Origin: Chiloscyllium plagiosum
Lineage: Eukaryota
DNA length: 48,351 nt
Direction of reading: 5' to 3'
Assembly (NCBI RefSeq): GCF_004010195.1
Contig: NC_057717.1
Span: forward strand, 69,295,828-69,344,178
The translations under genes were made by a program, and so were the position numbers. Below, one piece after another: positions 21,860 to 36,800 of the stretch (position 1 is the first letter of the stretch; the number at the start of each line of letters is the position of its first letter). The notes beneath the pieces are model-generated. The model worked only from the letters and a program-made list of their open reading frames with translations, did no database searches and was not told the origin of the DNA.

Positions 21860-24800
21860 ATTAATGCCAAAAAAGAGATTCTTGGAAAGAATGTTGTTTC
21901 CCCGGAGCTCGGGTCAGGGATGTCACTGATCGGTTGCAGAGCATTCTGAAAGTGGAGCGTGAACAGCCAGTTATCGTGGTGCACATAGGCACCAATGAAA
22001 TAAGTAAAAATTGAGATGAGGTCCTGAAAGCAGAACTCAGGGAGCCAAGAGAGAAGTTAAAGATGAGGACCTCGAAGGTAGTGATTTCAGGATTGCTACA
22101 AATCCCACGTAATGGCCAGGATAGAAATGAAAGAATAGGCAGGATGAACACGTGGCTTGAGAGACGGCGATGGAGGGAGAGGTTCAGATTTATCGGACAT
22201 TGGGACCAGTTATCAGAAAGGTAGGACTATTACAAATTCATGTCAACACCTGAACCAGCCAGAAACTAATGTTCTTTGTGGAGCTTTTGTTAATGCTGGT
22301 AAGGAGGATTTAAACTAATGTGGCAGGGGCTTGGGAAAAGGGAAGACTAGTAGACAGTGAGGTGGAGACTATAGAATGTACGGATCATAAAGTTAGCATT
22401 ACCAAGGGGAAGAGTAGGCAGTGAGCAAATGAATGCAAAAGAACTGGCAGTCTGAAGGGAATACACTTTAATGCAAGGAATATAGTGAGTAAGGCAGATG
22501 AACGTAGGGCTTGGATTGGTGCCTGGGAATAAAATGTTATTACGATCACCGAGAATTGGTTGAAGAAATGGCATGATTGTCAAGTAACTGTTCCAGAACA
22601 TAGATAATTGAGACAGGACAGGGAGGGAAGTAAACATTGCGGGGTTTTGGGGTGGGGGGGGGAGGAGTTGCTTTGCTGGCTAGGGATGATATCACGTTTG
22701 TGCTAAAGAAGGACACTAAGGACGACTTGAGCAGCGAGGCATTATGGGTCAAGGTGAGGAATAATAAGGGTGCAGTTTATTTTTTGGGGCTGAACTGCTG
22801 GCTCCCCAACAGTGAGTTAGAAGAACAAATAGGTAAACAGATCATGAAAAGATGTGGAGAAAACAGGTTGATGGTGAAGGGAGATTTTAAGTTTCCCAAA
22901 ATTGACTGGGGTACACTTAGTGTCAGAGGTCTGGGTGGGTCACAATTTAAAGGAACATCCAGTAAAGGATTCTAGAACAGTATGTGAATTGTCCAACGCG
23001 GGAAGAGGCCATTTTGAACCATATGTTGGGTAAAGACCCAGGCCAGGTGTTAGACATTGCAGTGGGGGAATGTCTCTGAGAACAGTGTCCACAAAGCTGT
23101 AAGTTCTAAACTACTGGTAGACAAAGATGAGAGTTGCCCTCAGGGAAGAGTACTAAACTTGTCCAATGCCAATTATATCAAAACTCGGCAGGGGCTGTGA
23201 AATTTGGACTGGGAGTCGATATTTGAAGGGAAGTCAACATTTGACATGTGGGAGGCTGTCAAAGATACGTTGAAGATAGTGCAGGGCAGGCATGTCCCTT
23301 TGAAAACAAGGGATCAGAAACGCAAGATTCGTGAACCTTGTATCACAGGAGTAATTATGCGACTAGCCAAGAGGAAAAAGGAAGTGTACATAAAGTCCGG
23401 GCAACGAAGAATGGAATGGGCTTTGGTAGAATATCAGCAGAGTAGAACCAATCTTAAATGAGGAATGAAGTGGGCTAAAAGGAGTTATGAAATAACTTTA
23501 GTGAACAGAATTAAGGAAAATCCCAAGCTATTTTATTCATATATTAGAAACAATAGGGTAACAATAGAAAGTGTTGTTCCTCTAATGGATAAGGAAGGAA
23601 GGTTGTGTGTTGAACCTGAGAAAATGGGTGAGATTCTCAATGATTACTGTGCATCATTGTCCACTGAGGAGAGGGACATGTTGAATGTTGAGGTTAGAGG
23701 TAGAAGCTTGTTTACTCTGGATCACATTGATATTAGGAGGGAAGATGTGTTGAGTAGACTAAAGGATGTTAACGTAGATAAAGCACCAGGAGAGGAGGGA
23801 TCTATCCCAGATTGTTGAGGGAGGCAAGAGAATAGCTGGGGCCCTGACAGCTATCTTGGTAGCATCCTTAAACACAGGTGAGGTACCGGAGGACTGGAGG
23901 GTTGTTCATGTTCTTTCCCCTGTACAGAAGGGTAGTAGGGATTTTCCAGACCAGTGAGCTTGACGTCAGTGGTAGGAATGTTGCTGGAGAATGTACTGAG
24001 GGATGAAATCCATTAATCTTTGGAAAATAATAGGATTATCAGTGATAGACAATGTGGTTTTGTGTTGGGGAGATTGTGCCTTATCGATTTAATAGATTTA
24101 TTGAGGAAGTGACCAAATTGATAGATGAAGGAAAGGCTGTAGATGTCATATACATGGACTTTAGTAAGGCGTTTCATCAGGTTTTCAATGGTAACCTAAT
24201 GTCGACAGTGAAATCACATGGTTTGCCTGGTGTTCTAGGTAGGTGGATAAAGAACTGGTTGAACAACAGGAGACAGGGAGCAATAGTTGAAGGGTGCTAC
24301 TCGAAATGGAGGAAGTTGGTCAGTGGTGTTCCACAGGGATCAGTGTTGGGAACACTGATGTTTGTTGTATGCAAAATGATCTGGAAGAGGCCATTGATGT
24401 TCCGATCAGTAAGTTTGCAAAAGACTGGAAAAAGATTGGTGGAGTAGCAGAAAGCATAGGGGGCTGTCAAAGAATACAGAAGAAAACAGTTAGACTGGAG
24501 AGTTGGGTGGAGATGTTACAGTTGGAGTATCATCCAGGCAACTGTGAGGTGATGCATTCTGGGAAGTCTAATTCTAGAACAAACTATACTGAAAACGGAA
24601 GAGTCTTGAGGAAAGTTGTTGATCAGGGAGTTCTGGGATTTAGATCCATTGTATCCTCAAGCTGCCTGCACAGGTGTATAGAGTTGTCAAGAAGGCATAT
24701 AAATTGCTTGCCTTCATCGGCTGGGGCATTGAGTATAAAAGCTGGTAGGTCTTATTAAAATTGTACAAAACTTTGGTTCGGCCGTGTTTAGAATGCAGAG

Positions 24801-25300
24801 TTCAGTTCTAGTCGCCACATCACCAAATGGATGTGGACACTTTTTAGAGGGTGCAGAGGTTTACAAGGATGTTGCCTGGTAGAATAAGTTGAAGTTTTTA
24901 TTAGAGAACAGAAGATAGGGGTGGTGTGGCGGTACCTGATTGTGATCTACAAAATCATGAAAAGTGCACTCACAGTGGATAGAGATAAGCTTTTTCCCAG
25001 GGTAAGGGATTCAATAACGAGAGATGACGCATTCAAGGTGAGAGGTGAAACGTTTAATGGGGATACACGCGGTAAGCCCTTTACACAGAATGTGCTAGGT
25101 GCCTGGAAGGCGTTGCCAGCAGAGATAGTCAAGGCAGGCACAGTAGATTCATTTACGGTCGGTCTGAACAGACACATGAGTAGGACACAGTCTCTTAGGA
25201 ATTGAGCGATAGGTTTGGATAGTGAAATTGGATCAGCACAGGCTTGGAGGGCGGAAGGGCCTGTACCTGGGCTGTTAATTTACTTTGTTTATTGTTCTTC
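21860..25300 (+). mobile_element. Long CR1 LINE relic: ORF1 SGNH-esterase C-terminal part + ORF2 APE-RT + 3' UTR
   Basis: CFPGARVRDVTDRLQSILK..VVHIGTN (esterase); GGGVALL and GDFKFPKIDW (APE); VDVIYMDFSKAF and SGVPQGSVLG (RT); many stops and frameshifts. Confidence 0.92.
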
Positions 25301-26399
25301 CTTGTGTAGTAATGGGCATTAAAGTAGATATTTCAGAATATGCCGCAGAGATCATTTCTGCAGTGTAATAAAACAAAACCCAAAGAAAACAATCACAATT
25401 CATGTTTCAAAAGAAAATATCGGCACCAAACTGAGCACAAATCTATATTATTGCACACTGATGGGGGTAGTCCAGAAGATTTGACAGATATAGGAAAGTG
25501 GAAGAATATAAGTTTAACAAGGAAACAAGTATCTGACAAAAGTTAGGGTTAGCTAGTTAGATTAAATAGACAGAGATATTACTGACATGTTTTAAAATAT
25601 AATTAACTATATGGACGTTGGTGTTGTGGACATTGAATCAGTGAAACTAGCAACAAAAAGGAAATGGTCAATTCATTGTATAGGTACATTGCGACAGTCC
25701 TCTACATCAGAAATAAGTGGAAAATCAGGAAAACAAAAGAAGGTTGAGATAAAATTAAAATTATAATCGCCACTGAAGTGTTCCTGATAAAGTAGTTGTA
25801 GCCCAGTTCAGGGTTCAACATCATGCTCGGAATATTAACAGAAACGTGACTCGCAAAATGTTTCATTCATTAGTTTCTAGTTTCCAAAATCAGGGAATGT
25901 TCTATGAGATTGGGAAATTGTGAATTTAAATCCTTCATTAAAAAGGAGAGATACAGAAAGCAGAAGCTACTTGACAGTTAAGTCCGCTTCTGGCATAAGG
26001 AGTAAGGTAAAAAACTATAATCAGGAATGGTCAAGTTAATCAGTTGGAATCAATATGACTTTGTAATGGAAAAAATCATGTCTGCGGTTCATTGCAGATT
26101 TCTGACAAATTTCAGGTTATGTAGTTGATAAAGGAGTAGCAGTTCCTGTAATGTATTTAGATTAATGTCATGATTGATGGAATTGAAACATAAAAATATT
26201 GATCAGGAGTAGGCTATACACACCACCGAGCTTGTCCTGTGATTCAATACAATAAGGTCTGATAAAAGTCCAATGAACATTCACAGCACTCCCTCTGTGG
26301 TGATAATAGCTTTCCAGGTATAAGGAAAACTTAATTGCACACCGTTCACCAATTGTGATCTCCCCAAACTCCTATGCAAATAAAGCAAAGCGTCATTGC

Positions 26400-28300
26400 T
26401 CCAGTGTTCAAATGATCTTGTAGTAAGTGCTAACATTCCATCAATCTTCCAAATGTGGATTGAATAAAGGGTCACATAAAACATTTTTCTGGTGGATAAT
26501 TAAACAACTCATCGGAGGGGTAGGCTCCACAGATATTTCTATCATCCCTGATGGAGAGCACAACATATCAGTGTAAAAGTTAAGGCTGAAGCATTCACAG
26601 CAATCAATCGTCAGAAGTGCCAATTTTACGATCCATCTCAGCTTCGTCCAATTATCAGCAATATTACAGATACATGTTTTCAGCCAATTCGTTTCTCTCC
26701 ACGTGATAACAAGACACTCTGGGGAGCACTGCTTACTCAAATAGTATGTAGCCGACAAAAATACTGATGGATTGAGCGAGGCAAACACTTCTAGGGTAGC
26801 TGATATACTGGCGAAAATCCAATAGTGTGTGAAATAGTTGAAATGTGTGGTGCTGAGAAAGCGCAGCAGGCCAGGCAGCATCCGAGGATTACGAGAATCG
26901 ACGTTTCAGGCATAAGCCCTTCTTCAGGAATCAGGACTCATGAGAAGGACTTAAGCCCAAAACGTCGATTCTCCTGCTCCTCGGATGCTGCCTGACCTGC
27001 TGCACTTTTCCAGCACCACACTTTTCTACTCTGGTCTCCAGCATCTGCAGTCCTCACTTTCTCCCAGTGTTGGAAATAGGCAAGGCACGTCCTGAGCACA
27101 GAAAACAGGACAATCCAAACCGACCAATGCCTGCTCCCATGCTCAGCCATGAGTTGGGAGTGTGAAAATGCCATCAACAGAGCAATCAAGCAGCACTGGC
27201 TCAGCAATAACCTGCTCCGTGACATGTAATGTGGGTTACACAAGCTCCACTCAAGCCCTGACCGAATTCCACACTTGGTTTAAGCTTGGACAAAGAACTG
27301 AGTTCCTGAAGTGTGGGCAGAGCGACAGCACTTGACTTAAAGGTCACATTCGCCCGAGATTGATATTACAGTTCCCGACGAGAACTGGAATCAGTGAGTA
27401 TCAGGTGACAAACTCTGCTGCCTGGAGTCGTACCTCATACATTGAATGATGGATGTGGTTGTTGGAGGTCAATCGTCTCTGCTCAAGGACATCTCCATTC
27501 GAGTTCCTGAAGGAAGTATCCTTGGCCGAAGCATCTTCAGCTGCGTCATCAATCATCTTCCTATCATCATAAGACCAGAATTGAAATCTGCGCAGATGAC
27601 AGCACTTTTTTGACACCTCGTACATGGAAACATATACCTTCAAATGTAACAATATCAGGACAATATCCGGAATTGTACTGACGAGTGACATTGACACAAC
27701 TTACAGACAATAAGAGATAATCTAGCGAAAACGTCTTGACATTCAATGGTGATACCATCATTGAACCCCCATATCAACATGCTGGGTTTTATTGTTAACT
27801 AGAAACTGAACTGGACATTCCATATAAGCACAATGGTTAGAAGAACTGGCCGGAGGCTAGGAATACCGTGGCAACTATTTCACCCTCCTGATCCCCAAAA
27901 CTAATTGACTCTCAAAAAGGCATAAGTTAGGAGTGTGATGGCACAACTCCCCACTTGACTGGATGGGTGCAGCTTCAGCTACACTCAAGAAGCTCGACAT
28001 CATCCAGGTCAAAGCATCCCATTTTAGTAGTAGCACTCTCACAAGCACACATTGCCTCCAAATCTGATACGCAGTACCTGCAGTATTCAGTATCTAAAAA
28101 AGACACTGTGGTAATTGACCAACATCTTTATACAGTACCTTCCCGTGACCACTTCCATCGCGAAGGAGAAGAGCAGCAGATATATGAGAACAGCAATACT
28201 TGAAAGCTCATCTCTAAACCACTCAGCATCCAGAGGTGGAAATATTTCATCGATCCTTCACTGTGACTGGATCAAAGCTCCAGGAATTATTTTCTTAAGA
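26400..28300 (+). mobile_element. Decayed LINE RT region (second family) containing a nested PLE palindrome
   Basis: AINRAIKQHWLSNNLL and SIRVPEGSILGRSIFSCVINHLP, as read in the duplicate at 43260-43526. Confidence 0.7.
26845..27062. mobile_element. Head-to-head inverted PLE pLTR pair with minimal hammerhead motifs
   Basis: ~80-bp inverted arms over 26845-27021. Minus-strand CTGAAGA-AGGGCTTATGCCT-GAAACGTC at 26927-26900. Confidence 0.8.
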
Positions 28301-29334
28301 ACATTTTGGATCACAGCATTTCAGAAAGGCAGATTATTTAGATCTTCTGAAGGACGCATATAGACGGGTAATAGCGCTCACTGTGTCGCATTGGTCAGTC
28401 TAAAAAAAAGATCCTTGAAGTGAACATATGAGTTCAATAAAGTGGTTAAGCAGGCATTATGAATACTTGATAAGCAATCGAAAGTTCTAGACTTAGAGTT
28501 AATTTCTACCATGGTAGCTTCAATTCATTGAAGGATATGAAATGAAAATTCATGTGTAATGAACGATGATCATGGACTTTCCAAAGTTCTGAAGCAAGTT
28601 CCATGGCTCAATGTTGTCCTTCAGGGGACACCTGCCCTTCCGAACTGATCTCTCCACCTATACAACAATAAGGCGCTTGTTCCTTGCATATGGCGAACGT
28701 GACTCAGAAGCCAAACATTTGTATCAAAGCTTCTTCAGAAAGCTTAACCATAATTAGTCTAGCAAGATAACAGACTTTCGAAAAGACAGCTGACGGCAAC
28801 ATTGGGATATGTGACTAACATTTTTATATTTCAACCAAGAATACAATACGTGCAAATTATGGGGTACCATGGAAATCTGAAAGGAAAACAGGACAGACAT
28901 TTGGGAATCATGTACCAGCTGAATCAGGTTCTGCAGCCAGAGCATCAGATACAGATTTTAGACTGATTATTGGATGCAAAGTCTCCTGTGATGGTGTCAG
29001 TATTCCACTCCAATGTTTATTCATGATATAAAGTGTCAGATTTATTCCATTTCTGTTTGAGAGAGCTTTCTAACTGCATTTCCAACATTAAAATCAGAGT
29101 GGTAATATCACTGGAACAGTATTCCAAACTCCAGTTGGACTTTGAATGGACAGGAGGTGGAATACACCATTTGCCAAGGGGAAATTTGAATTCAAAGTAA
29201 TTCTGGAATCAGGAAAGAAAATGGTGACAAGGTAACCACAGTCAATGGAAAAATACTAAAACAGCTGGTTTACTAATTACAATTAGAAAATCCGTCTATT
29301 GTCTTTACCTCATCAGCCAACATCATGGATGGAA

Positions 29335-29600
29335 CTGTGGCTCATTTGTTAGCACAGCTGCCTCACAGCGCCAGGGTCCTGGATTCGATCCCCCATCCCC
29401 CAACCCCGTCTGTTTGGAGTTTGCACATTCTTCCTGTGTCTGCGTGGGTTTGCTCCCACAATCCAAATTGGCCATGCTAAATTCCCCACGGTGTTATGTG
29501 CCCCAGTAAGAGGTAGAAAAGGGTAGGCAGATGGGTTTCTCTTCGGATTGTTGGCCTGGACTTGTTGGGACAAAGGGCCTGCTTCCACACTATAGAGAAT
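29335..29600 (+). mobile_element. HE1 SINE (decayed)
   Basis: TTAGCACAGCTGCCTCACAGCGCCAGGG..GGAGTTTGCACATTC..GGCCATGCTAAATT..AAGGGCCTGCTTCCACACT. Confidence 0.85.
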
Positions 29601-30210
29601 CGACTCATCAGAATCCGCACCCATTTTCAGGTAATTGATAATTTAAGATGTGGCATTCGCAAGTGACACAGTGTGTAATTAGGAAGAGGATCCCATCGAT
29701 GACTGAGCCAGCAACATCAACGTTTTATGAAAGATTAAAAGAAAATATAAGTGTGACTAAACCTTGCAACAACAATATCGATTCGATGAAATTGTTGCGG
29801 CAGTTCTTGATTTTATTTCAACTATTTTATATCAATATTCTAAAACGCACATTGACCTTTTTGCATTGTTGGAAATTTTACTGTCTAAAAGGTCGACAAT
29901 ATAAATCAACGTTAAAAGTGGATCCAATTTGTGAGAATTGTTTCATTGCATGAACTTCCAGAATTCAAATATTAAGCTAAAATGTTAAATTCTGTTTATC
30001 TTGCAGATATAAATAATATCTGTTGCAATTGATAGTCATGAAATTTGCATTCCCTTCTGCAAACGGTCGACATTCTTCAAATAAACTTGGTTTGATTTGA
30101 AATTTATCATTTGAAACTCCGTTCATCTGGCTTTACTGTTATCAACTCTGCTTTGAAACCAGTGAAGCGCTTAAGTAAATAAACACAGAAATATAACTCT
30201 CAGAATAGAT

Positions 30211-31030
30211 TTATTTTCCCAAAATGCAACACCTCGCATTTATCTGAATTAAAATCCATCTGCCACTGCTCAGACCATTGGCCCATCTGATCAAGATCCC
30301 ATTGAAATCTGCGATAAGCTTCTTCATTGTCCTCTACATATCCAATATTAGTGTAAATTGCAAACTTACTAACTATACCTCTTATGCTCGCATCAAAATA
30401 TTAATGATGAAAAGTATTGGACCCAGCACCGATCCTTGTGGTACTCCACTGGTCACAGGCCTCCAGTCTTAAAAACAACCCTCCACCACCACCCTCTGTC
30501 TTCTACCTTTGAGCCAGTTCTGTATCCACATGGGTGGTTCTGCCTCTACTCTGAGAGATCTCACCTTGCTAACCAATCTCCCTTGGGGAACCTTGTTGAA
30601 CGCCTTACTGAATTCCATATAGATCACATACACTGCTCTCGACTCATCAATCCTCTTGGTACCTTCTTCTAAAAACTCAATCAAATTTGTGAGACTTGAT
30701 TTCCCACGCATAAAGCCATGTTGACGATCCCGAATCAGTCCTTACCTTTCCAAATACATGTACATCCTGTCACTCATAATTCCCTCCAAAACCTTTCCAA
30801 CCACCAACATCACGCGCACTGATCTATAGTTCCCTCGCTTGTCCTTACCGTTTCTTAAACAGTGGATCCACGTCAGCCAACCTCCAATCTCCCGGCACCT
30901 CACCTGTGACTATTGATTACACCTGTACCTCAGCAAAGGGATCAGCAATCAATTCTGTGGGTCCCATAGAGATCTAACCTACACAAGATCAGGTCCTGGG
31001 GATTTATCCACTTTTATGCGTTTCAAGGTC
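30211..31030 (-). mobile_element. CR1/HER1 RT fragment
   Basis: MRGKSSLTNLIEFLEEGTKRIDE..WIQNWLKGRRQRVVVEG. Confidence 0.9.
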
Positions 31031-31109
31031 AATTATAAGGAACCAGAAGCGGGCAATTTTGTCAATGGAGTTTTGCCTTCTATGCAATGACGTTGTGGTT
31101 GAACTGATA

Positions 31110-34100
31110 ATCCTCACCTCCGCTTTTCAACCTTTTCCCAATTAGCACTGATTCAATTAAAGATTCAAAATCTGCCCAGTAACATTTGAAAGTACTCCAT
31201 CACCCAACCTCGGTGTCCTGTCGTAAAGAATTCTATACATTCCCTGCATTTTGGGAAAAGAATTTCTCTTCTGCCTTAAATCTGTGACCTCTAAGCCAGA
31301 GATTTCACTCCCTGGTCCGAACTCTCCCAAAAGTGGAAACAACATTTCTGCATTTAAAGCACCATGTTTCCTGAAATTTCAGAATGTCACCACTGAATAA
31401 TCTATGTTCCAAATGGTAAAAGCTCAAACTACTCAATCTCTATTCTCAAGACAGTCCATCCATCCTCAAGATCAGTCTATTGAACCCCATGTGGATTGTC
31501 TCGGATTCCAGAGTATATTTCCTTTATACGAGTCCCACAATAGTTGACAGTATTCAGATGTGATTTGACGAGAGCATATTCTAAGTTTTAACAAAACTTA
31601 CAGTCATACCGTTATACAGCACGGAAGCTGATCCTTCGTTCCAACTTATCTGTGCTGAACTCCTATCCCAATTTGACCGAGATTCATATGGCAAACAGGT
31701 GACCAATATTTCTCTAAATGTTTCCTTGTCGTACACACATCCAGCTGCCTTTTAAATTTTAAAGTTATACTCGCCTCTACCATTTCCTTTAGCAGATTTT
31801 TCTGTGTATACACCACCATCTATGTGAAAACGTTACCCTTCACGACCTTTTCCAACGTTTCTCCTCTCGCCATAATCATCTGTCTTATAGTTTTCGTCTC
31901 CCCAACACTCTGACAAAGACCTTGGCTATTCAGCATAGCAATGCCCCTCATGATTACTGGATCTTGTTCAGGCCAACCCTCAGCCCCCTTTCCTCGTGCT
32001 GCAGGGAAAAGAAAAGTCCTCGCCTATTCAGGGTCACCTTATTGATTAAACGCTGAGAGTTTGTTTCTGGAAAAGCACTGCGAGTCAGGCAGCATCGAGG
32101 AGCAGGATATTCGACGTTTCGGCAAAAGCGTTTCATTCGGAATGGAGGCAGGGATCCTCCAGGTGGGTAAGTGGAGCTCAGTCCATGGAATGATCATCCA
32201 TGGTCTTTTTGAACAGAGGAGCAGGCTCGTAGGGTAAAATGGCTGAATCCTTCTCATATTTCTTACGTCTGGTATTGTTATATTTTTACAGACCTCCAAT
32301 CCAAAAGACAACACTCCACCACCACAAAATAAAAATCAAAAGAACTGCAGATGCCGTGTATCTGAAACAATAAAACCCCTGGAAATTGTGGAAAAACTCT
32401 GAGGCTCTGGCAGCATCTGTGGAGAGAATGCTCAACTCTCCATGATGTCCTGGTTTTCCTTTAGAGCCAACATACGTAATGCCACCACATGAGCCAATTT
32501 CCAATCTTCCAGCACCTCATCCATGATTATCAATAATACAAATATCTCAGCAAGGGGCTCAGGAATCTCCTCCTAAGCTTCCCACTAAGGTCTGGGAAAC
32601 ACCTGATCAGATTTCAGGGACTTCAGAGATTTCTCTCTGGTTTTGGTTTCTAGACATTCAGTGCCTCCTCTACTCTGAGATGAACACTTTTTTAAGGCAT
32701 CAATATGTATTTCCAAATTTCCTCAGTTTCCTAACACCTATTAATGCAAAATATTTGCTCAGTGTCTCATCCATCTCTTGTGGTCTCACACATAGAGAGC
32801 TATGTTGGTCTTTAAGCGGCTGCATTCGCTCCTTGATTATTTTTGCACCCTTACTGCATTAATGGAATCGTTTGGCATTTTCGTTAACTCTATTTGACAA
32901 CGTGACTTCATGCCCCTTTTTGACCATCGTGATTTCCGACTGCCCTTATAACTTTTTCCGGATTCACTCGATCCCAGTTGTCTACATTTGATATATATCT
33001 CCTATTTCTTCACCAGAGTCTCGATTTCTCTTGTCATACTGCTTTCCCTGCACCGACGAGATTTGCTCTTCACACAAACAGGGACATACCATCACTGAAC
33101 TTTCATGATCTCATGCTTAAATGCTTCCCATTCCCAACCGTCCCTTTTCCAGCAAATAGCCGAAATCTCCAGCCCAATCAGATTTTCAAAGTACCTGTCA
33201 GATACCGTCAAACCTGGCCTCACTCCAATTTGAAACATTCATTTTTTTAATCAAGTCTACCCTTTTTCATAACGGTTTTCAAACTAATAGAATTACGATT
33301 ACTTGCTCCAAAGTCTGCCCCCCAGGACATCTCAGTCACTTCTCATGCTCCATTTCGCAACAGAAGTTCAAGCATTCCACAACCTCTATTAGGTGCTTCC
33401 ATATATTTAATACTAAATTCTCCTTGCGTAAACCTAATCAATTACTCCCCATTAAAGAACTTAACACTATGACAGTCCCAAAATATGTTTGAAAAGTTAA
33501 AAATCACCGAACCATTATCTGATTCTGCTTGCACATAGCTGAGAGTTCGTTACATATTCACATGCGAATTTCCAATTGACTGTTGAGAGGATTATATCAC
33601 ACTCCCAGTAAGGTGATCACCCCTTTCTCAAAATTAGGTTCCATCCATGTAACATCACTGAGCAGACTCCCATGAATTTCCTCGCAACTTCCAGCCATAA
33701 TGTGCTTCTGAACCAGAAGTACCCCTCCTCCTCCTCTCTTGTTTCCCTTCTCAAGCCGTCTGTTCTTTATATAGCATCTGCACCCCTGAAGATTAAGAAG
33801 CCAGTCCTGTTCATCCCTGAGCCACCTTTCTGTAATGGTTATGATATCCCCATCCCACATTCCCATCCATGCCCTATGTTCACCTGTCCCATCTGTCAGG
33901 CATCTTGTACTCAATTAAATGCTGCTTTGCAGTCTTACCTCATTTATGCCAAACTGTTGCCTGCATTGACTCTTAGAATGGTTCACCGTGTCTATTTTAC
34001 CATCCTCAACCTTTTCGTTTTTCTCACTATTGTGTTGAGTCTCACCATCACCCTTACCAGCTTGAAGTCTTCAGGGTATCACAAGAAAGTTTTACTGCAA

Positions 34101-36800
34101 GACCCGATGTCCCTTTCCAATTTAAGTGAAACCTATCCCTTTTATACATGTCATTTCTGTTGCTGAAGAGATCTCAATGATCGGAAAATGTGAATTCTAC
34201 CCCTGAGACAGCTCCTCAGCCACGCATTTGTCTGCTTGGTCTTTTTTTATTCCAACTCTCTATATTTCATTAGTTTTTATGCAAAGCTCAGCATTATGTT
34301 TACCTTTGTTGCAGTTAAAATTAAAAGCTAGCTTTTCGTCATTCTGTGATGAAGATTCCCAAATCTGTTGTGTAGATTTCAGAATTCAATCTCTATGTAA
34401 ATAATATTCAGTTGCTCTACAGTACCTGCTACAATTCATAACGTCACTTTTATGACATTTCTCAATTTCTTCACATTATATTAATATGCAAAGTTTATTG
34501 TTTCCTCTCTTTTCCAGTCTGTAGCCCTCTGCAAACTGTTTTGCTTCATACTCACCACTTACCTCCTCTACAATTTTTGTGTCATTTGCCAACTTGTCTG
34601 CAGTACTTTCACTTCCCTCATCTAAGACGTTAAAATATTTTATAAATATTCGTGTCCCCTGAAACGGATTTGTGTGGTATTCACCAGCTGCAGATTGACA
34701 TCGTGTAAAGTAAAATTCGTCATCAAACACTCTTACGATTGTGATTTCCACAATCTTCTCTCTGTGGTAACACAATACCTCCGAAACCACAGGCTGTAAT
34801 CTTGTTAAGTAATCTTACGTGTGGTACCTTATCAAATGTCTTCAGAATACAAAAAAAAGTCACCATTTCCTCCTTATTCTGAAAGAATTCAATTACATTT
34901 ATCAAGAAAGATTGCCCTTTTCTAAATCCATTCTCAGTTCTCTTGATCATGTCATGTACTTCTAAATGCTCTGGTGTTCTGTGCGTTATTATAGACTTCG
35001 CAATCTATCCAATACATTATGTTAATTGGTCAAAATAGGCCTCAGTCATTCTTTTTTTGTCCAAACAATTTTTGAGTAAAGATGTTACCTTGTCACTTTG
35101 CCAACCCAGTAATATTTTTCTGAAACCTAATGATTATTGGAAAGCTACAACTATTGCATCCAACACATTTTTTCTTATTTATTTTTCTCTCTTGGTTTGC
35201 ACCTCATTTGTTCCAATGCATTTTGCGGTAAATACTCCTGTAAATTTCTCTGACGATTTATTTGTAGTGAAAGTCATTGTGTTGCATTGCTCGCCGTTTC
35301 TTTTGCCCTTCGTTATTTCGTAATTATAGAATGTTCTTTGCCTGCTACTTTCAAGGCAGATGCAGCCTATTTATTCATTTTTTCTGTCATTTCGTGGTTC
35401 GCAGTCACGAATTCCCAGCTTCATTCAATATGGGCCTATATTCACGTTGGCTTTTCTCTTCAGTTCTTTCTATTTAAGGATGCTCTTGCTGTCCACTTTA
35501 ATATCAGCTGTACTTTCGTTTTCGATGTTTACCTTCTCCTTCCTTATTAATCTTTACATAGAACATAGGACACTACAGCGCAGTACAGGCTCTTCGGCCC
35601 TCGATGTTGCGCCGCCCTGTCATACTAATCTGAAGGCAATCGCACCTACACTATTACATGAACGTCCATTTGCCTGTCCAATTTGCTGGCTTATTGATAT
35701 TTCTGTAAACAATGCGAATGTCCTGCTCACCGAAAATATTTCCCACATTTCATGTTTTCCTTTTAATCTAATTTGTTGCTATTTGCAACTTTTCTACATA
35801 AACATAATACAATCATCCCCTTCCTAGATTTTATCCTTGTCACTTGAATTATATCATTACTGTGAGCGTTGAATTTGTTTTCCAAATGGATTGCCATTGT
35901 TCTTCACAGGTTTTTGCTGCTAAACCCATTTCATGGTCCATGACAGCAAGCTTCATCCTCATCCGTTTACTATTTACACTGATATATACTGAGCACATTT
36001 GTTTCGGATGTCAGATTCTCCCTCTCCAAATGAATGCTCAAACTTTGCTGTTCCGAGGCAATCTTTCAGTCTGTCACCATGCATAAAATCTGACTTATTG
36101 GACATTACCAGATTAAGTACATCAAGATTCTGGGTTGAACCACGACATACTGTTTCAGGAATCTATCTGAATTATTCTTTGTGACTACCTTTGCTGATAG
36201 AGTCATAGGAATGTACAGTTGCAATTTTACCAGCCTCCACCACTTCCTCTGGCACTCATTCCATACACGTACCATCCTCTGCATGAACAAATTTACCCCT
36301 TAGGTCGCCTTTATATCTTTCCCCTCTCACAATAAACTTATGCCTTCTCGTTCTGGACTCCCCCACCCCAGAGAAAATACTTTGTTTATTTAACCTATCT
36401 ATACCCCTCATGATTTTGGAAACCTCAATAAGGTCACCCCTCAGACTCCGATGCTCCAAGGGAAACTGCCCCAGCCTATTCAATCTTTCAAATCCTCCAA
36501 CCCTGGCAGCATTCTTGTAAATCTTTTCAACCCCTTTAAAGTTTCACAGCATCATTCCGATGGAAAGGAGACCACAATTGCACACAATATTCCAACACTG
36601 GCCTAACTAATGCCCTGGTCGGCCGCAACATGACCTCCCAACTCCTGTACTTAATACTCTGGCCAATAAAGGAAAGCATACCCATCGCCTTCTTAGCTCT
36701 CCTATCTACCTGCGACTCCATCTTCAAGGAGCTATGAACCAGCACACCAAGGTCTCCTTGTTCAGCAACACTCCCCAGGACCTTACCATTAAGTGTAAAA
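31110..36800 (-). mobile_element. Nested mosaic of decayed CR1-like fragments (3' ends 31110-32030, 35555-35690, 36200-36800; APE region ~32500-34240; RT ~34430-35150) plus pLTR scraps (32060-32150, 32335-32430)
   Basis: DIITITERWL..RGGGGVL; KTFDKVPHVRLLNKI; RPVLEYCVQLWSP; LRGDLIEVSKIMRG. Confidence 0.8.

Larger units (their letters stand above)
21542..31108 (+). repeat. Segmental duplication, copy 1
   Basis: Collinear with 37507-48196, including non-repeat spacers. 9 differences in a 120-nt sample starting at 21781. Confidence 0.95.

Noticed and set aside
25340-25546. Small ORF conserved at 41172-41372
   Set aside because: Conservation is explained by the segmental duplication; no domain or splice evidence.
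28379-28410. CACTGTG followed by an A-run (also 44191-44222)
   Set aside because: Spacing is neither 12 nor 23 and there is no Ig-like coding flank.
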